A stretch of 64,000 nucleotides of DNA, taken from Polyangiaceae bacterium (GTDB taxonomy: Bacteria > Myxococcota_A > Polyangia > Polyangiales > Polyangiaceae). Location of the stretch: positions 128,001 to 192,000 of the forward strand of contig CBDCTZ010000012.1 in the NCBI GenBank assembly GCA_965222375.1, given 5' to 3'. Under the pieces are notes generated by a model. That model was not told the DNA's origin. It ran no database searches and was given only the letters and a program-made list of their open reading frames with translations. A program made the translations under genes and the position numbers. Positions 19,086 to 27,111 of this stretch are shown piece after piece (the stretch's first letter is position 1; the number at the start of each line of letters is the position of its first letter).

Positions 19086-20924
19086 TCAATGCACGGCGCC
19101 AACCAGCCAAGCGAAGGCGGGCACCAGTACTTCCTCAGCTGAGGCACCCCCACGGTGAGCGGCACTGGTGCCGCCGCCCATGGGTTCTAGTCGGAAACCG
19201 TGATCGGCGAAGATCAGCACCAAGGTGCGCGGGGATTGTTTGAGCAAGTGCTCGCCAAGGGCCTCCGCGGTTTCGTCGGCTAGCGCGTCCAGGCGTTCAA
19301 CGAGAGGAGCACCGGGAACGCTTATCGCCGACTCGATGATGTCCAGTTTGAGCAACTCGCGGTGCCCGGCGCGAATCCGACGCAGCGTGGCCGCCGCACG
19401 GCCGCGGGCCACGGGCACCTCGCTGATTGCGGCAGGATCCACCTCGCGCAGCCCCTGAGGGCCGCGCCCCAAGAGTTCCAGCTGCACCTCCGTGGTCGTG
19501 GGCAGGGCGGACCACATCAGCAGTCGCTCCGCCAGGGCCGCATGCTGCCCGACATGTCGCTTCACCCGCTCGTTGATGCGCAGCCCCAGATCGAAACGCA
19601 TGCCGTCGACCAGCACCAGCTGCACCGAGCGTGCGCCGTGTAGCCGTGCCATGCGCAACGCAATATCGGGAATATCGAGCACCATTGTCGGGCGCTTGCC
19701 GCGCATGCGCAGGGCGTCGAAGGCCTCCGTGTAGCTCTTCTCGAAGCTGTCCGCCCAAGTGGACAGCACTTCTGCGGCGCTTTCGTCGGCCTGGCCTCGG
19801 GCGACCGCTTCCGACAGCGGGACGTAGGACGAAACGAACATCCGCTCGATCACCGCAAGGGGCTTGGGTCCGCGGGCGCTTTCGAGATCCAGCATTAGGC
19901 TACGCACGTCCACCGGCTCTGGCTCCGGCAGGGGCTCGAGGGCCTCCGATTCAGCTGCCGCTGCGGCTTCCGGCTCCGGTGCGGGGGAGTCTGCGCTGAA
20001 CTCCGTTGCCCCGCTTTGGGCGGCGTCAGGGTCTTCCGTCTCGGCAGTGTCTGACTCAGTGTCCGCCGCCACGTAGGGCGCTTTGGTGACGGTTTCCGAG
20101 GCGGATGGCTCTTCGTTCCCACGCGCGTCGGGCGCCGGGACCGCGGGGCCTTCTTCTTCGGATCCCTCGGCGAGGAAGTCAGAAAAGTCGATTTCCTCCA
20201 TTCGGCGGTCATCGTCGCTTTCGACGTGCTCGTCGAAGAGAGTTGCCATCGCTCGAGCAAGGGCGTCCGCGTCCTGCTCGGCCACGGGCGGCGCGTCCAT
20301 GGGAGCCACGAGTTCGACTGTGGGTGGCGCGTCGCTCAGGTCCATGGCGCTCGAACTATCGCGCACCTCCGGTGCGGCGGCTGGCGCCGAGTATTCTCCC
20401 GAGACAGGGGTTTCATCCAGGGGAGCTGGCTCCACCAAGCGTCGCAGCGAGATCGGCTCGTCGTATACACCCAGAAAGCGATCCTGTGCCGCTAGCATCA
20501 TTCGGATCGGACGCTCACCAGCGGCGGCAATCCACCAGCGCAACACAGCGCTGTCTTCGGCGTCCAGCGCGCCAGCTAGGTTCGCGATGCCCTCCAGGGA
20601 GCCCATGGAGAGCAACAACGCTTCCGCGCCCACCAGGCGCGCCCGATACAGCTGGTCGCTCAGAGACGCGTCCAGATCGCTCGAGGCGCCTACTCCGGGA
20701 GGGGCAGCGCCTCGGCGGCCGAGCGCCTCCTCCACGGCGCTCTCGACGACCAGTGCCAGGCGCCCCCGCGCGGCTGGGCGGGGCGAGGCGACGCGAACGA
20801 CGAGAACTCCCTCGTCTTCCGCGGCCGACTCGAGTTCGGTTCGTGTCTCTTCGTCGACGATGCTCACTTCGCCGGATTCGATGTGTGCGCTTGCCTCTTC
20901 GGTTGCCGCCCAGGTCATCCACAT
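19086..20924 (-). CDS. Protein with C-terminal PglZ-like (alkaline phosphatase superfamily) domain and acidic linker
   Basis: LVLVDGMRFDL, SALPTTT, IFADHGF, HRGGASAEEVLVP; central acidic/Pro-rich low-complexity linker. Confidence 0.7.
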   Translation of the reverse strand: MWMTWAATEEASAHIESGEVSIVDEETRTELESAAEDEGVLVVRVASPRPAARGRLALVVESAVEEALGRRGAAPPGVGASSDLDASLSDQLYRARLVGAEALLLSMGSLEGIANLAGALDAEDSAVLRWWIAAAGERPIRMMLAAQDRFLGVYDEPISLRRLVEPAPLDETPVSGEYSAPAAAPEVRDSSSAMDLSDAPPTVELVAPMDAPPVAEQDADALARAMATLFDEHVESDDDRRMEEIDFSDFLAEGSEEEGPAVPAPDARGNEEPSASETVTKAPYVAADTESDTAETEDPDAAQSGATEFSADSPAPEPEAAAAAESEALEPLPEPEPVDVRSLMLDLESARGPKPLAVIERMFVSSYVPLSEAVARGQADESAAEVLSTWADSFEKSYTEAFDALRMRGKRPTMVLDIPDIALRMARLHGARSVQLVLVDGMRFDLGLRINERVKRHVGQHAALAERLLMWSALPTTTEVQLELLGRGPQGLREVDPAAISEVPVARGRAAATLRRIRAGHRELLKLDIIESAISVPGAPLVERLDALADETAEALGEHLLKQSPRTLVLIFADHGFRLEPMGGGTSAAHRGGASAEEVLVPAFAWLVGAVH

Positions 20925-21652
20925 CCAGTGCCTGTTTTGGGGCGAAATGGCCCACTTTTCATCGCAAACTACTGGACTATTGCGGCGCTAGCTTCGGATC
21001 CGAGCGTTTTTCGCCTTGCAGTGCCCCGCAGGCCGCAGGACAGCCCTCCGGCGGCCGTCTGGGCCCGCGCGCCGGTCCCTTCGAAAGGGCGCTCCCAAGC
21101 CTCCCGGTGCCGAGCTTGGCGGGGTGTGTTTCCAGTGGCTCCACCGACTGCGCCGGTTGGTTTTGTCCTTCGGTCGTAGCAAGGTCCAGGGCCCAACCCG
21201 ACCCGGCATGCCTGCTCCCGCGTGTGGCCTCGACCAGCGTCACCAGTTTCGAAACCGGGTAACCTGCGCTCTTCCTCAGCGCGCTGCTCCAACTTCGAGT
21301 CGTCGTCCGATTCCGATGGTCCGAGCAGGCGCGCAACTTCGTAGCCGGCGGAGTGGCCCCGATCGACTCGAAGGTGGCGAGGGCGTCGTTACCTGTTGGC
21401 GGCTGCGCACGCGTCACGCCCGCGGCGCTCGGGTCGCTCATTCCTCGACCCTCATCGGGTGTGCTTTGCGGCTCGTCATAGGCTGCGGTTGCCGAAACTG
21501 ACTCAGCGATGCTCGTCCTGACCCGATTGTCAAGACGCCAAGATCAACGCCGCTCGACTCCAAGCGCCGCGCTTGTCAAGTGTGATCGTCAAGCTTTGCG
21601 TGGGCCGCAGCTCGCGCTCGCCACAATCGCACTTGGCCCGAAGGTTGCGCCG

Positions 21653-21681
21653 TTGACTAGTGCGCCCTGGATAAATACCAT
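21653..21681 (+). promoter_or_regulatory. Sigma70-type promoter for the putative 6S RNA
   Basis: TTGACT (21653-58), 17-nt spacer, TACCAT (21676-81). Predicted +1 near 21688, at the start of the closing stem. Confidence 0.65.
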
Positions 21682-21687
21682 TTGGAT

Positions 21688-21890
21688 GGTTCCCTCTGCG
21701 GGGCCCGATAGGAGCGCAGTAACGAATCCCGATTAAGTATACGAACCGGGTGACCCACCCCCGCGACCGAGAGTTAGGCCCGGATTTCTTCACCGGGAAA
21801 CCGGAGGTCCCGGGGAGTCTCCCACCTAGCAATGCTAGGGGTTCGTACTTCGCACATCCCTCGGCTCAGGCGGTCAGGAATCCAAGGAAC
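21688..21890 (+). ncRNA. ssrS: Probable 6S RNA
   Basis: About 200-nt non-coding rod. Terminal GTTCC/GGAAC pairing; AAGTATACGAACC pairs with GGTTCGTACTT; CCCAC-CCTAGC-aat-GCTAGG-GGTTC resembles the 3' bubble hairpin of 6S RNAs; promoter directly upstream. Confidence 0.7.
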
Positions 21891-22052
21891 GGGTCGGCGT
21901 GAAAGCGCTGGCCCGTTCGCCTATGGCCCCCTTGGCTCCAGAGCCCGATCCGAGCTCACTAGCTTGGCAATTGGCTGCCCCCTGGGCGCGCTCGGTGATT
22001 GGCAAATGCCGCCCTTTTCGTAGCCCCAGCTCTCGACTACCGTGGCAGGGAG

Positions 22053-22814
22053 ATGAAAGCGGGTACAGGCAGGGAGATTCGGTTGCTGTTGGTGGGGTTG
22101 GCGATGCTCGGCGTCGCGAGTACGGCTGAAGCCAGCAAGGTCAAGGGCAAGGTTGCCAACTGGCAGAACTTGGTGAATCCGGTTTGGCACGAAGCCAGGG
22201 ATCCCAAGAAGCGGGGCTATTCCTTCCGGGAGCCCGTGCCGACGGTGCGTGCTGAGATGCGTCGCCTTTTTCCGCACATTCCCAAGGAGCTTTGCATTGC
22301 TGCTCTCGCGACCACCAAGCAACCTGCGCCAAAGATCCCGGTGTTGATTCGCGTGGGCGGGGGCCGCACCACCCCCGTCACAATCGTTGTTCCTCCGGGC
22401 ACTCAGTTGCAGTTCAAGAACACGGATCCCTTCAAACATCGGCTCTACGCCGTCGGTGTGAAGGAGTTCGGTCCATCCGACACCATCAAAGGCAACGTAC
22501 GAGCGTGGACCGTACCCAAGGCCGGCTCCTTCGAGATCCGTGACGAGCTGGCTCCCAGCTTACGCTTCTGGGTGATCGCCGAACCGAACGTGGCCGGCAT
22601 CGCTTATCCCTCCTTGAAAGGAGACTTCCTCCTGACGGTGGAAGGCGAGGGTGAACACACCGTGCAAGCGTACTTCTCGGGCAAGAAAGTCGGACCCCCA
22701 ACCACCGTCGAACTAAAGGGGCGGGATGTCGACATTTCCCGTAAGCCCATCAAAGTCGCGAAGTCGAAGCCGAAGAAAAAGAAGAAAGCCGACGACGAGG
22801 AGAAGGGCAAGTAA
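22053..22814 (+). CDS. Secreted protein with cupredoxin-like/beta-sandwich domain
   Basis: Signal peptide (AEA); VVPPGTQLQFKNTDPFKHRLY pattern; Lys-rich tail. Confidence 0.65.
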   Translation: MKAGTGREIRLLLVGLAMLGVASTAEASKVKGKVANWQNLVNPVWHEARDPKKRGYSFREPVPTVRAEMRRLFPHIPKELCIAALATTKQPAPKIPVLIRVGGGRTTPVTIVVPPGTQLQFKNTDPFKHRLYAVGVKEFGPSDTIKGNVRAWTVPKAGSFEIRDELAPSLRFWVIAEPNVAGIAYPSLKGDFLLTVEGEGEHTVQAYFSGKKVGPPTTVELKGRDVDISRKPIKVAKSKPKKKKKADDEEKGK

Positions 22815-24478
22815 TGCTGCTTTCGCGCTTCTGGTACGTCGTGCTCGCCATGGTGCTGGGCGCGGCAATCTTCGTGCTGTTTCTGGCCACGAGTATGTAT
22901 AACCGTGCCGGCGCCCGCGCCATGGGAGAGGGCTTGAGTGCGGATGCCCAGGTGGTCTCCTGGTACCTGAAAGACGATGCTCGGCAGCGCTCAGCCCAGC
23001 TGATCAAGTTTGCCCTCAATCGAGATATCGCCAAGTACCTGCACAAGAGCAGTGGGAGCGAAGGTGCTCGGCCGCCCGCTGAGGCCAAGGACAAGGTTGG
23101 AGCTGCCCTCAGGGCGGTGAACGAGAAGATCGACAAGGAGTTCCAATTCGATGCGGTCTTTGCCGTAGATCAGCACGGGCGTGTCGTGGGCCAGATCGGC
23201 TACGAGCAAGCCAGTGGCATGGAAGACTTCGAGCTGGGAGGCTACCCGGTCGTCGCCGACGCTCTGCATGGCTACATCCGCGACGACACGCTGGTGCTCG
23301 ATCGCATCTACCGCGTGGTGACCCGGCCCGTGGAATACGACTTGGGGCAATTGCCGGCCGGCGCAATCGTCGGTGCCCGCATCATCGACGATCGCTTTGC
23401 TCGTGAGCTGAGCAGTCGCACTGGCGCTGCCGTCGCATTCTACACTCGCGGCACACGCGTTGCGTCCGGCGCCCCCGAGGGCTTCGACCGCAGTCAGCTG
23501 GACCAAATCGTCAGCGATTTGCCGAACTTGGAGCAGGACGCGGAATACCGAGAAAAGGGACGGAGCAACATCCGCACTCTGGCTAAGAGTCTGGGGGTGC
23601 AATACACGCGCCTTCCCGGTGAGGCCTGGGAACTCGGGGCTGGCTTCGCCGTGGGCCGGCTGCCCAGCCAGGTCAATGGTCCGATGGGCTTCTTCAAGAC
23701 CGCTGATGACAAGGACAAGAAGCAAGCGAACATCCCCCTCGTCGTGGGGCTTGCCCTGGCGGCCATGGTTCTGGGCTTAGTTTTTTCGGTCTTTGAGCAC
23801 TCCCGCCCACTCTGGATCTTCCGGCGGGAAGCCCATCGTCTGGCCAAAGGTGAGGCGGATCAGATGCAGCCCAGCAAGTTCCGCGGCGTGTATCGCAAGA
23901 TCGCGGTGGACCTCAACGACGGCATCGATGTCGTTGCGGCCAAGGGCGGGGTTCCCCGGCGCGCCGCCGACTTGGGTCAGGTCCTGGGTGACTTGCCCGC
24001 CGAACCCCAGATGAGCGCCTTCAGCTTTCCCGGAGATTCCGAAGCGCCAACGGCTCCTCCAAGCCCATCGGACCATCCCTCCGCTGCTGCTGCGTCGCCC
24101 AAGCCCATGCCCGTCGCGCCCGCCGCCAAGCGGCCGCCGCCCCAGCCCGCAGGCCAGGGCCTCGACACCACGATGCCTTCCGAGGGCGTCGGCTCTGCGC
24201 CGGGGCGACCGCCTCCGCGACGAGCGCCGCCAGCGCCCAGCAGCGGTGGCGCTGCCGCACCCGAAGCTGCGGAGTGGCGCGGGGTGTACGAAGAGTTCGT
24301 TGCGACGAAACGCAAGTGCAACGAGAACGTAGAGGGCTTCACCTACGAGAAGTTCGAGCAGACCTTGAAGAAGAACCGCGATGCCTTGGTGCAACGCCAC
24401 GGCGCAAAGCGCGTGAAGTTCTCCGTCTACGTCAAAGAAGGCAAAGCAGCGCTCAAGGCCAGCCCAATCAAAGAATGA
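22814..24478 (+). CDS. MXAN_5187-family membrane protein
   Basis: Two TM helices around a Cache-like periplasmic region, a Pro-rich linker and C-terminal VYEEFVATKRKC.E....TYEKF..TL..N.....VKFSVYVKEGKAALKA. Confidence 0.8.
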   Translation: MLLSRFWYVVLAMVLGAAIFVLFLATSMYNRAGARAMGEGLSADAQVVSWYLKDDARQRSAQLIKFALNRDIAKYLHKSSGSEGARPPAEAKDKVGAALRAVNEKIDKEFQFDAVFAVDQHGRVVGQIGYEQASGMEDFELGGYPVVADALHGYIRDDTLVLDRIYRVVTRPVEYDLGQLPAGAIVGARIIDDRFARELSSRTGAAVAFYTRGTRVASGAPEGFDRSQLDQIVSDLPNLEQDAEYREKGRSNIRTLAKSLGVQYTRLPGEAWELGAGFAVGRLPSQVNGPMGFFKTADDKDKKQANIPLVVGLALAAMVLGLVFSVFEHSRPLWIFRREAHRLAKGEADQMQPSKFRGVYRKIAVDLNDGIDVVAAKGGVPRRAADLGQVLGDLPAEPQMSAFSFPGDSEAPTAPPSPSDHPSAAAASPKPMPVAPAAKRPPPQPAGQGLDTTMPSEGVGSAPGRPPPRRAPPAPSSGGAAAPEAAEWRGVYEEFVATKRKCNENVEGFTYEKFEQTLKKNRDALVQRHGAKRVKFSVYVKEGKAALKASPIKE

Positions 24479-25998
24479 TGTCCAAGGCGCTGCCCCTCAG
24501 GCTGACGCAAGCGGCCGTCCTCGCTGCGACGCTCCTGCCGGCGCAGGCGCGGGCGACCGACGTTTTGGATTTCGCGGAACTCGGTACCCAGAGCATGGGG
24601 CGGGGAGGCGCTTGGGTCGCGCGAGCTACCAGCCCGCTAGCCACTTTCTACAACCCGGCGGGGCTCGCTGGTCAGCGCAGCGGGGTCTCTTTGGACGTGG
24701 CCCTCGTCTTCGACAAGATCTGTTTCACGCGTGCCGGGGACGGGAGCACTTTGCAGAGCGGTGTGGCGTATCCGGGTGAGATATGTAGCGAGTCGGGTCC
24801 GGAAGCTCTCCCCGCAGTGGCTGGGGTCTACGGGCTGATGGACGAACTGGGCATTGGCCTCAGCGTGGCGCCGCCGAGTCTATACGGTGGCATCCGATTT
24901 CCGGAAACCGTCAAAGGCCGCAACATCGCAGGCGCGGACGCCCAGTTCCCGTCACCGCAGCGCTATCTCCTATTGGAATCCGACGGACTATTTCTCAACA
25001 CGACCCTGTCCGCCGGCTATGCCATCACGCCGCAGGTGCGGGTCGGCGCTGGATTCATCTGGGGGCTCGCCAATTACAAGCTCGCCAACGCCAACCAAAG
25101 CGTCCCGGTTACGCCGCAGCCAGATGGCTCCTACCGGGATCCAGAAATCACGGATGTGCGCGCCGCCATCGACGTGACGGATTTGTTCATTCCCGGCGTC
25201 GTCCTGGGCGTGTTGGTTTCGCCGCTTCATCAGTTGGATGTGGGGCTCACCGTGACGGCCCAAGAGGCCTTTGATGGTCATGGCGATTTGGAGACCAAGT
25301 CCAACTATTGGACAGGCGCGGGCGTCTCGAACAACCCCACCGTAGGCAACAGCAGCGACGCCGGCGCGGATTTGGCACACTTCCGACTCCCCAATCCGTT
25401 GGATGTGCGCCTCGGCGCGCGCTTCCATTGGCCGCGGGATGACGCGCCGCCGAGCCCCGAGCGCGACCCCCTCGTCGACGACGTTTTCGACTTCGAAGTG
25501 GACGTTTCCTACACTCGCAATAGCGCCTACCAAGAAGCACGGTTGCGCTTTCCTGCGGAGCCCATCATCGAGGTCAAAGGCACGGGTGGTCGAACGCCAC
25601 AGAACGCCGATGTCCCGTTCAAATTGAAGGGCGACACGCTGGGCCTGCGCGTGGGTGGGGACTTCATCGTTCTGCCCGGGCGCCTCGCGGTACGTGCCGG
25701 CGGTTGGTACGAACCCGACGTGCAACGCTCCGAGTTCCTCAACGTCGCTTTGCTCGCCAGTCAGCGCATAGGGCTCGCGGCCGGCGCGCAACTCCGCTTG
25801 GCTTTCGTGGACATCGAATTTTCCGCCATGCACGTCATGTTCGAGGAAGTGGACAACGGTGGAAACGGCCGCACCCTCGCGGTCAGCGGCGACGCCGGCG
25901 CCATCCCCATCCCGTTCCGCTCCGCCTACGCCGTCAACGGCGGCAAAGTCAGCCGCTCCGCCACCATCCTGTCCCTGGGTGGAACCGCGCGTTTCTAA
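24475..25998 (+). CDS. FadL/OmpP1-like outer-membrane transport protein
   Basis: Signal peptide, SMGRGGAWVARA..PLATFYNPAGLA, beta-strand pattern, terminal Phe; start overlaps the upstream stop. Confidence 0.85.
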   Translation: MMSKALPLRLTQAAVLAATLLPAQARATDVLDFAELGTQSMGRGGAWVARATSPLATFYNPAGLAGQRSGVSLDVALVFDKICFTRAGDGSTLQSGVAYPGEICSESGPEALPAVAGVYGLMDELGIGLSVAPPSLYGGIRFPETVKGRNIAGADAQFPSPQRYLLLESDGLFLNTTLSAGYAITPQVRVGAGFIWGLANYKLANANQSVPVTPQPDGSYRDPEITDVRAAIDVTDLFIPGVVLGVLVSPLHQLDVGLTVTAQEAFDGHGDLETKSNYWTGAGVSNNPTVGNSSDAGADLAHFRLPNPLDVRLGARFHWPRDDAPPSPERDPLVDDVFDFEVDVSYTRNSAYQEARLRFPAEPIIEVKGTGGRTPQNADVPFKLKGDTLGLRVGGDFIVLPGRLAVRAGGWYEPDVQRSEFLNVALLASQRIGLAAGAQLRLAFVDIEFSAMHVMFEEVDNGGNGRTLAVSGDAGAIPIPFRSAYAVNGGKVSRSATILSLGGTARF

Positions 25999-26010
25999 GT
26001 TGTCTTTATG

Positions 26011-26200
26011 GGGGGGTCGACGCGCTTCGTGACACCCGACGGGGTGAGCCCTGGGGCGGCACAGGGCCACTAGGCAGAAACAGAAGGGCTCGCTGGCGCC
26101 ATCGCGGCTTCGACCTCTCTGCCACCACCCAGCAGTATTGCCTGTTTCCTTCGATGTGGGTCCGGCGAAGCCAGGTGGGTAACTACTCTCGAGCTGGGCC
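26011..26200 (+). repeat. Dispersed ~190-bp repeat, copy 1 (other copy at 50595-50783)
   Basis: 26063-26192 is near-identical to the reverse complement of 50604-50733; 26019-26046 matches 50749-50776 in the same orientation. Confidence 0.9.
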
Positions 26201-26224
26201 ACGGGTTGGCGCCGGCGCGCGGAG

Positions 26225-26335
26225 GAGCACGACGTCGACGGGAACGCCGACGGAGACGCCGACGCTAACGCCGACGTGGGCGCCGACGGGAACGCGGACG
26301 CGGAGGTGCAGGACAAGGTGCAGGTGCAGGACAAC
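26225..26335 (+). repeat. Imperfect 6-nt tandem repeat tract (RACGNN), left flank of the four-helix-bundle pseudogene
   Basis: gagcac gacgtc gacggg aacgcc gacgga gacgcc gacgct aacgcc gacgtg ... caggtg caggac, about 18 units. Confidence 0.8.
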
Positions 26336-26456
26336 ACATCGCTTACACATTTGAGTGGTTCAGTTGACAGGCCCTCCTTGTTTTTTGTGGGTTGGATGAC
26401 TGGTTGGGGGTTGCATTCGCAGCTTGTGGAGGGACGTCGATCTACGTCGGTTTTCT

Positions 26457-26484
26457 AAAGCTCCTTCTTCGGTGAAGGAGCTTT
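26457..26484 (+). promoter_or_regulatory. Perfect 11-bp hairpin covering the Shine-Dalgarno of the four-helix-bundle gene
   Basis: AAAGCTCCTTC-ttcggt-GAAGGAGCTTT; ATG at 26494. Confidence 0.6.
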
Positions 26485-26610
26485 CGAATCATCATGAATC
26501 CATCAACACAGTCTCTACTTCCACATCATCGCTTGCAGGCGTATCGCGTAGCGCTCGAGTTCTTGGCTGCCGTGAAAGCTGCGAATATCTGAGACCGCGT
26601 GGATCGCGAG

Positions 26611-26636
26611 CCCCGCAAGGGGGTTCCTTTCAGTCT
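26611..26636. repeat. 26-bp double-mini-hairpin insertion, copy 1
   Basis: CCCCGCAAGGGGGTTCCTTTCAGTCT; removing it restores the frame (..DRE|QAIRA..). Confidence 0.8.
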
Positions 26637-26706
26637 CAAGCTATTCGTGCAGCGAAGGCTGTTTGTCGGAACTTGGCCGAAGCCACGGGTCGTGTATCGC
26701 GCTTGA

Positions 26707-26732
26707 CCCCACAAGGGGGTTCCCTTCGGTCT
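26707..26732. repeat. 26-bp double-mini-hairpin insertion, copy 2
   Basis: CCCCACAAGGGGGTTCCCTTCGGTCT, 23/26 identical to copy 1; splits a GA|T Asp codon before KAR. Confidence 0.8.
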
Positions 26733-26894
26733 TAAGGCCCGCGTCTTCAGGATTGCTCGAGGCGAGACCGTGGAAGCGATCGCCACGACTGAGATCGCCG
26801 TGGAAGCTGGCGACGCCTCGGCCGAGGCGCTGCCCAGGGTTCTCGATCGCGGCAACGCGCTCTATGCCATGCTCAGCGCGCTCTCACGCTGAGC

Positions 26895-27033
26895 CGTTCC
26901 CACCAGCGCTAGCGCCCGCGCCCGCCCTCACGCCCGCCCCCATGCTCACCCACCCATGGGCCTCCCTCATGCTCACGTTCACGCGCCCGCGCTCGCCCCC
27001 ACGCCCACGCCCGCCCTCACTCCCGTAACGCTC
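26895..27033 (-). repeat. Imperfect 6-nt tandem repeat tract (CGCYCR on +), right flank of the pseudogene
   Basis: cgctag cgcccg cgcccg ccctca cgcccg ccccca tgctca ... cgccca cgcccg ccctca ctcccg. Confidence 0.8.
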
Positions 27034-27111
27034 TGAAATAATAAACATAATCGAGTTCAATCAGCGGGGGCGTGAACGCTTCTCCAGATCGAGGCATGGT
27101 CGTGGCTTGCC

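Larger units (their letters stand above)
26494..26892 (+). pseudogene. Four-helix-bundle protein (23S rRNA IVS-protein/Avd-like family) pseudogene
   Basis: Reconstructed as MNPSTQSLLPHHRLQAYRVALEFLAAVKAANI*DRVDRE|QAIRAAKAVCRNLAEATGRVSR-D|KARVFRIARGETVEAIATTEIA...LYAMLSALSR*. It has an in-frame TGA at 26590, two 26-bp insertions and a 1-bp frameshift. Confidence 0.8.

Noticed and set aside
19086..20924. BREX defence island
   Set aside because: No other BREX genes and no signs of a mobile island around the PglZ-like gene.
21085..21145. Minus-strand GAGCCACTGG...CCGGGAGGC resembling part of a cobalamin riboswitch
   Set aside because: The upstream GGGAA/T-loop elements and the B12 box are not recognisable, and the downstream gene is unrelated.
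20083..21501. Plus-strand ORFs 20083..20991, 20105..21262, 21016..21501 and minus ORF 20977..21441
   Set aside because: Arg/Pro/Ser-rich shadow-frame composition with no recognisable motifs; long spurious ORFs are expected at this GC content.
21865..21895. GGTCAGGAATCCAAGGAAC resembling SRP RNA helix 8
   Set aside because: Lacks the CAGG-CC-GRAA-GG-AGCA core; it pairs better as the 3' arm of the 6S-like rod.
26590..26592. In-frame TGA as possible selenocysteine or readthrough codon
   Set aside because: The gene has additional frameshifting lesions, and a CGA-to-TGA transition is the simpler explanation.
26000..27050. Diversity-generating retroelement or integron interpretation of the Avd-like locus
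   Set aside because: No reverse transcriptase, no TR/VR pair differing only at adenines, no integrase and no attC-type array in the window.
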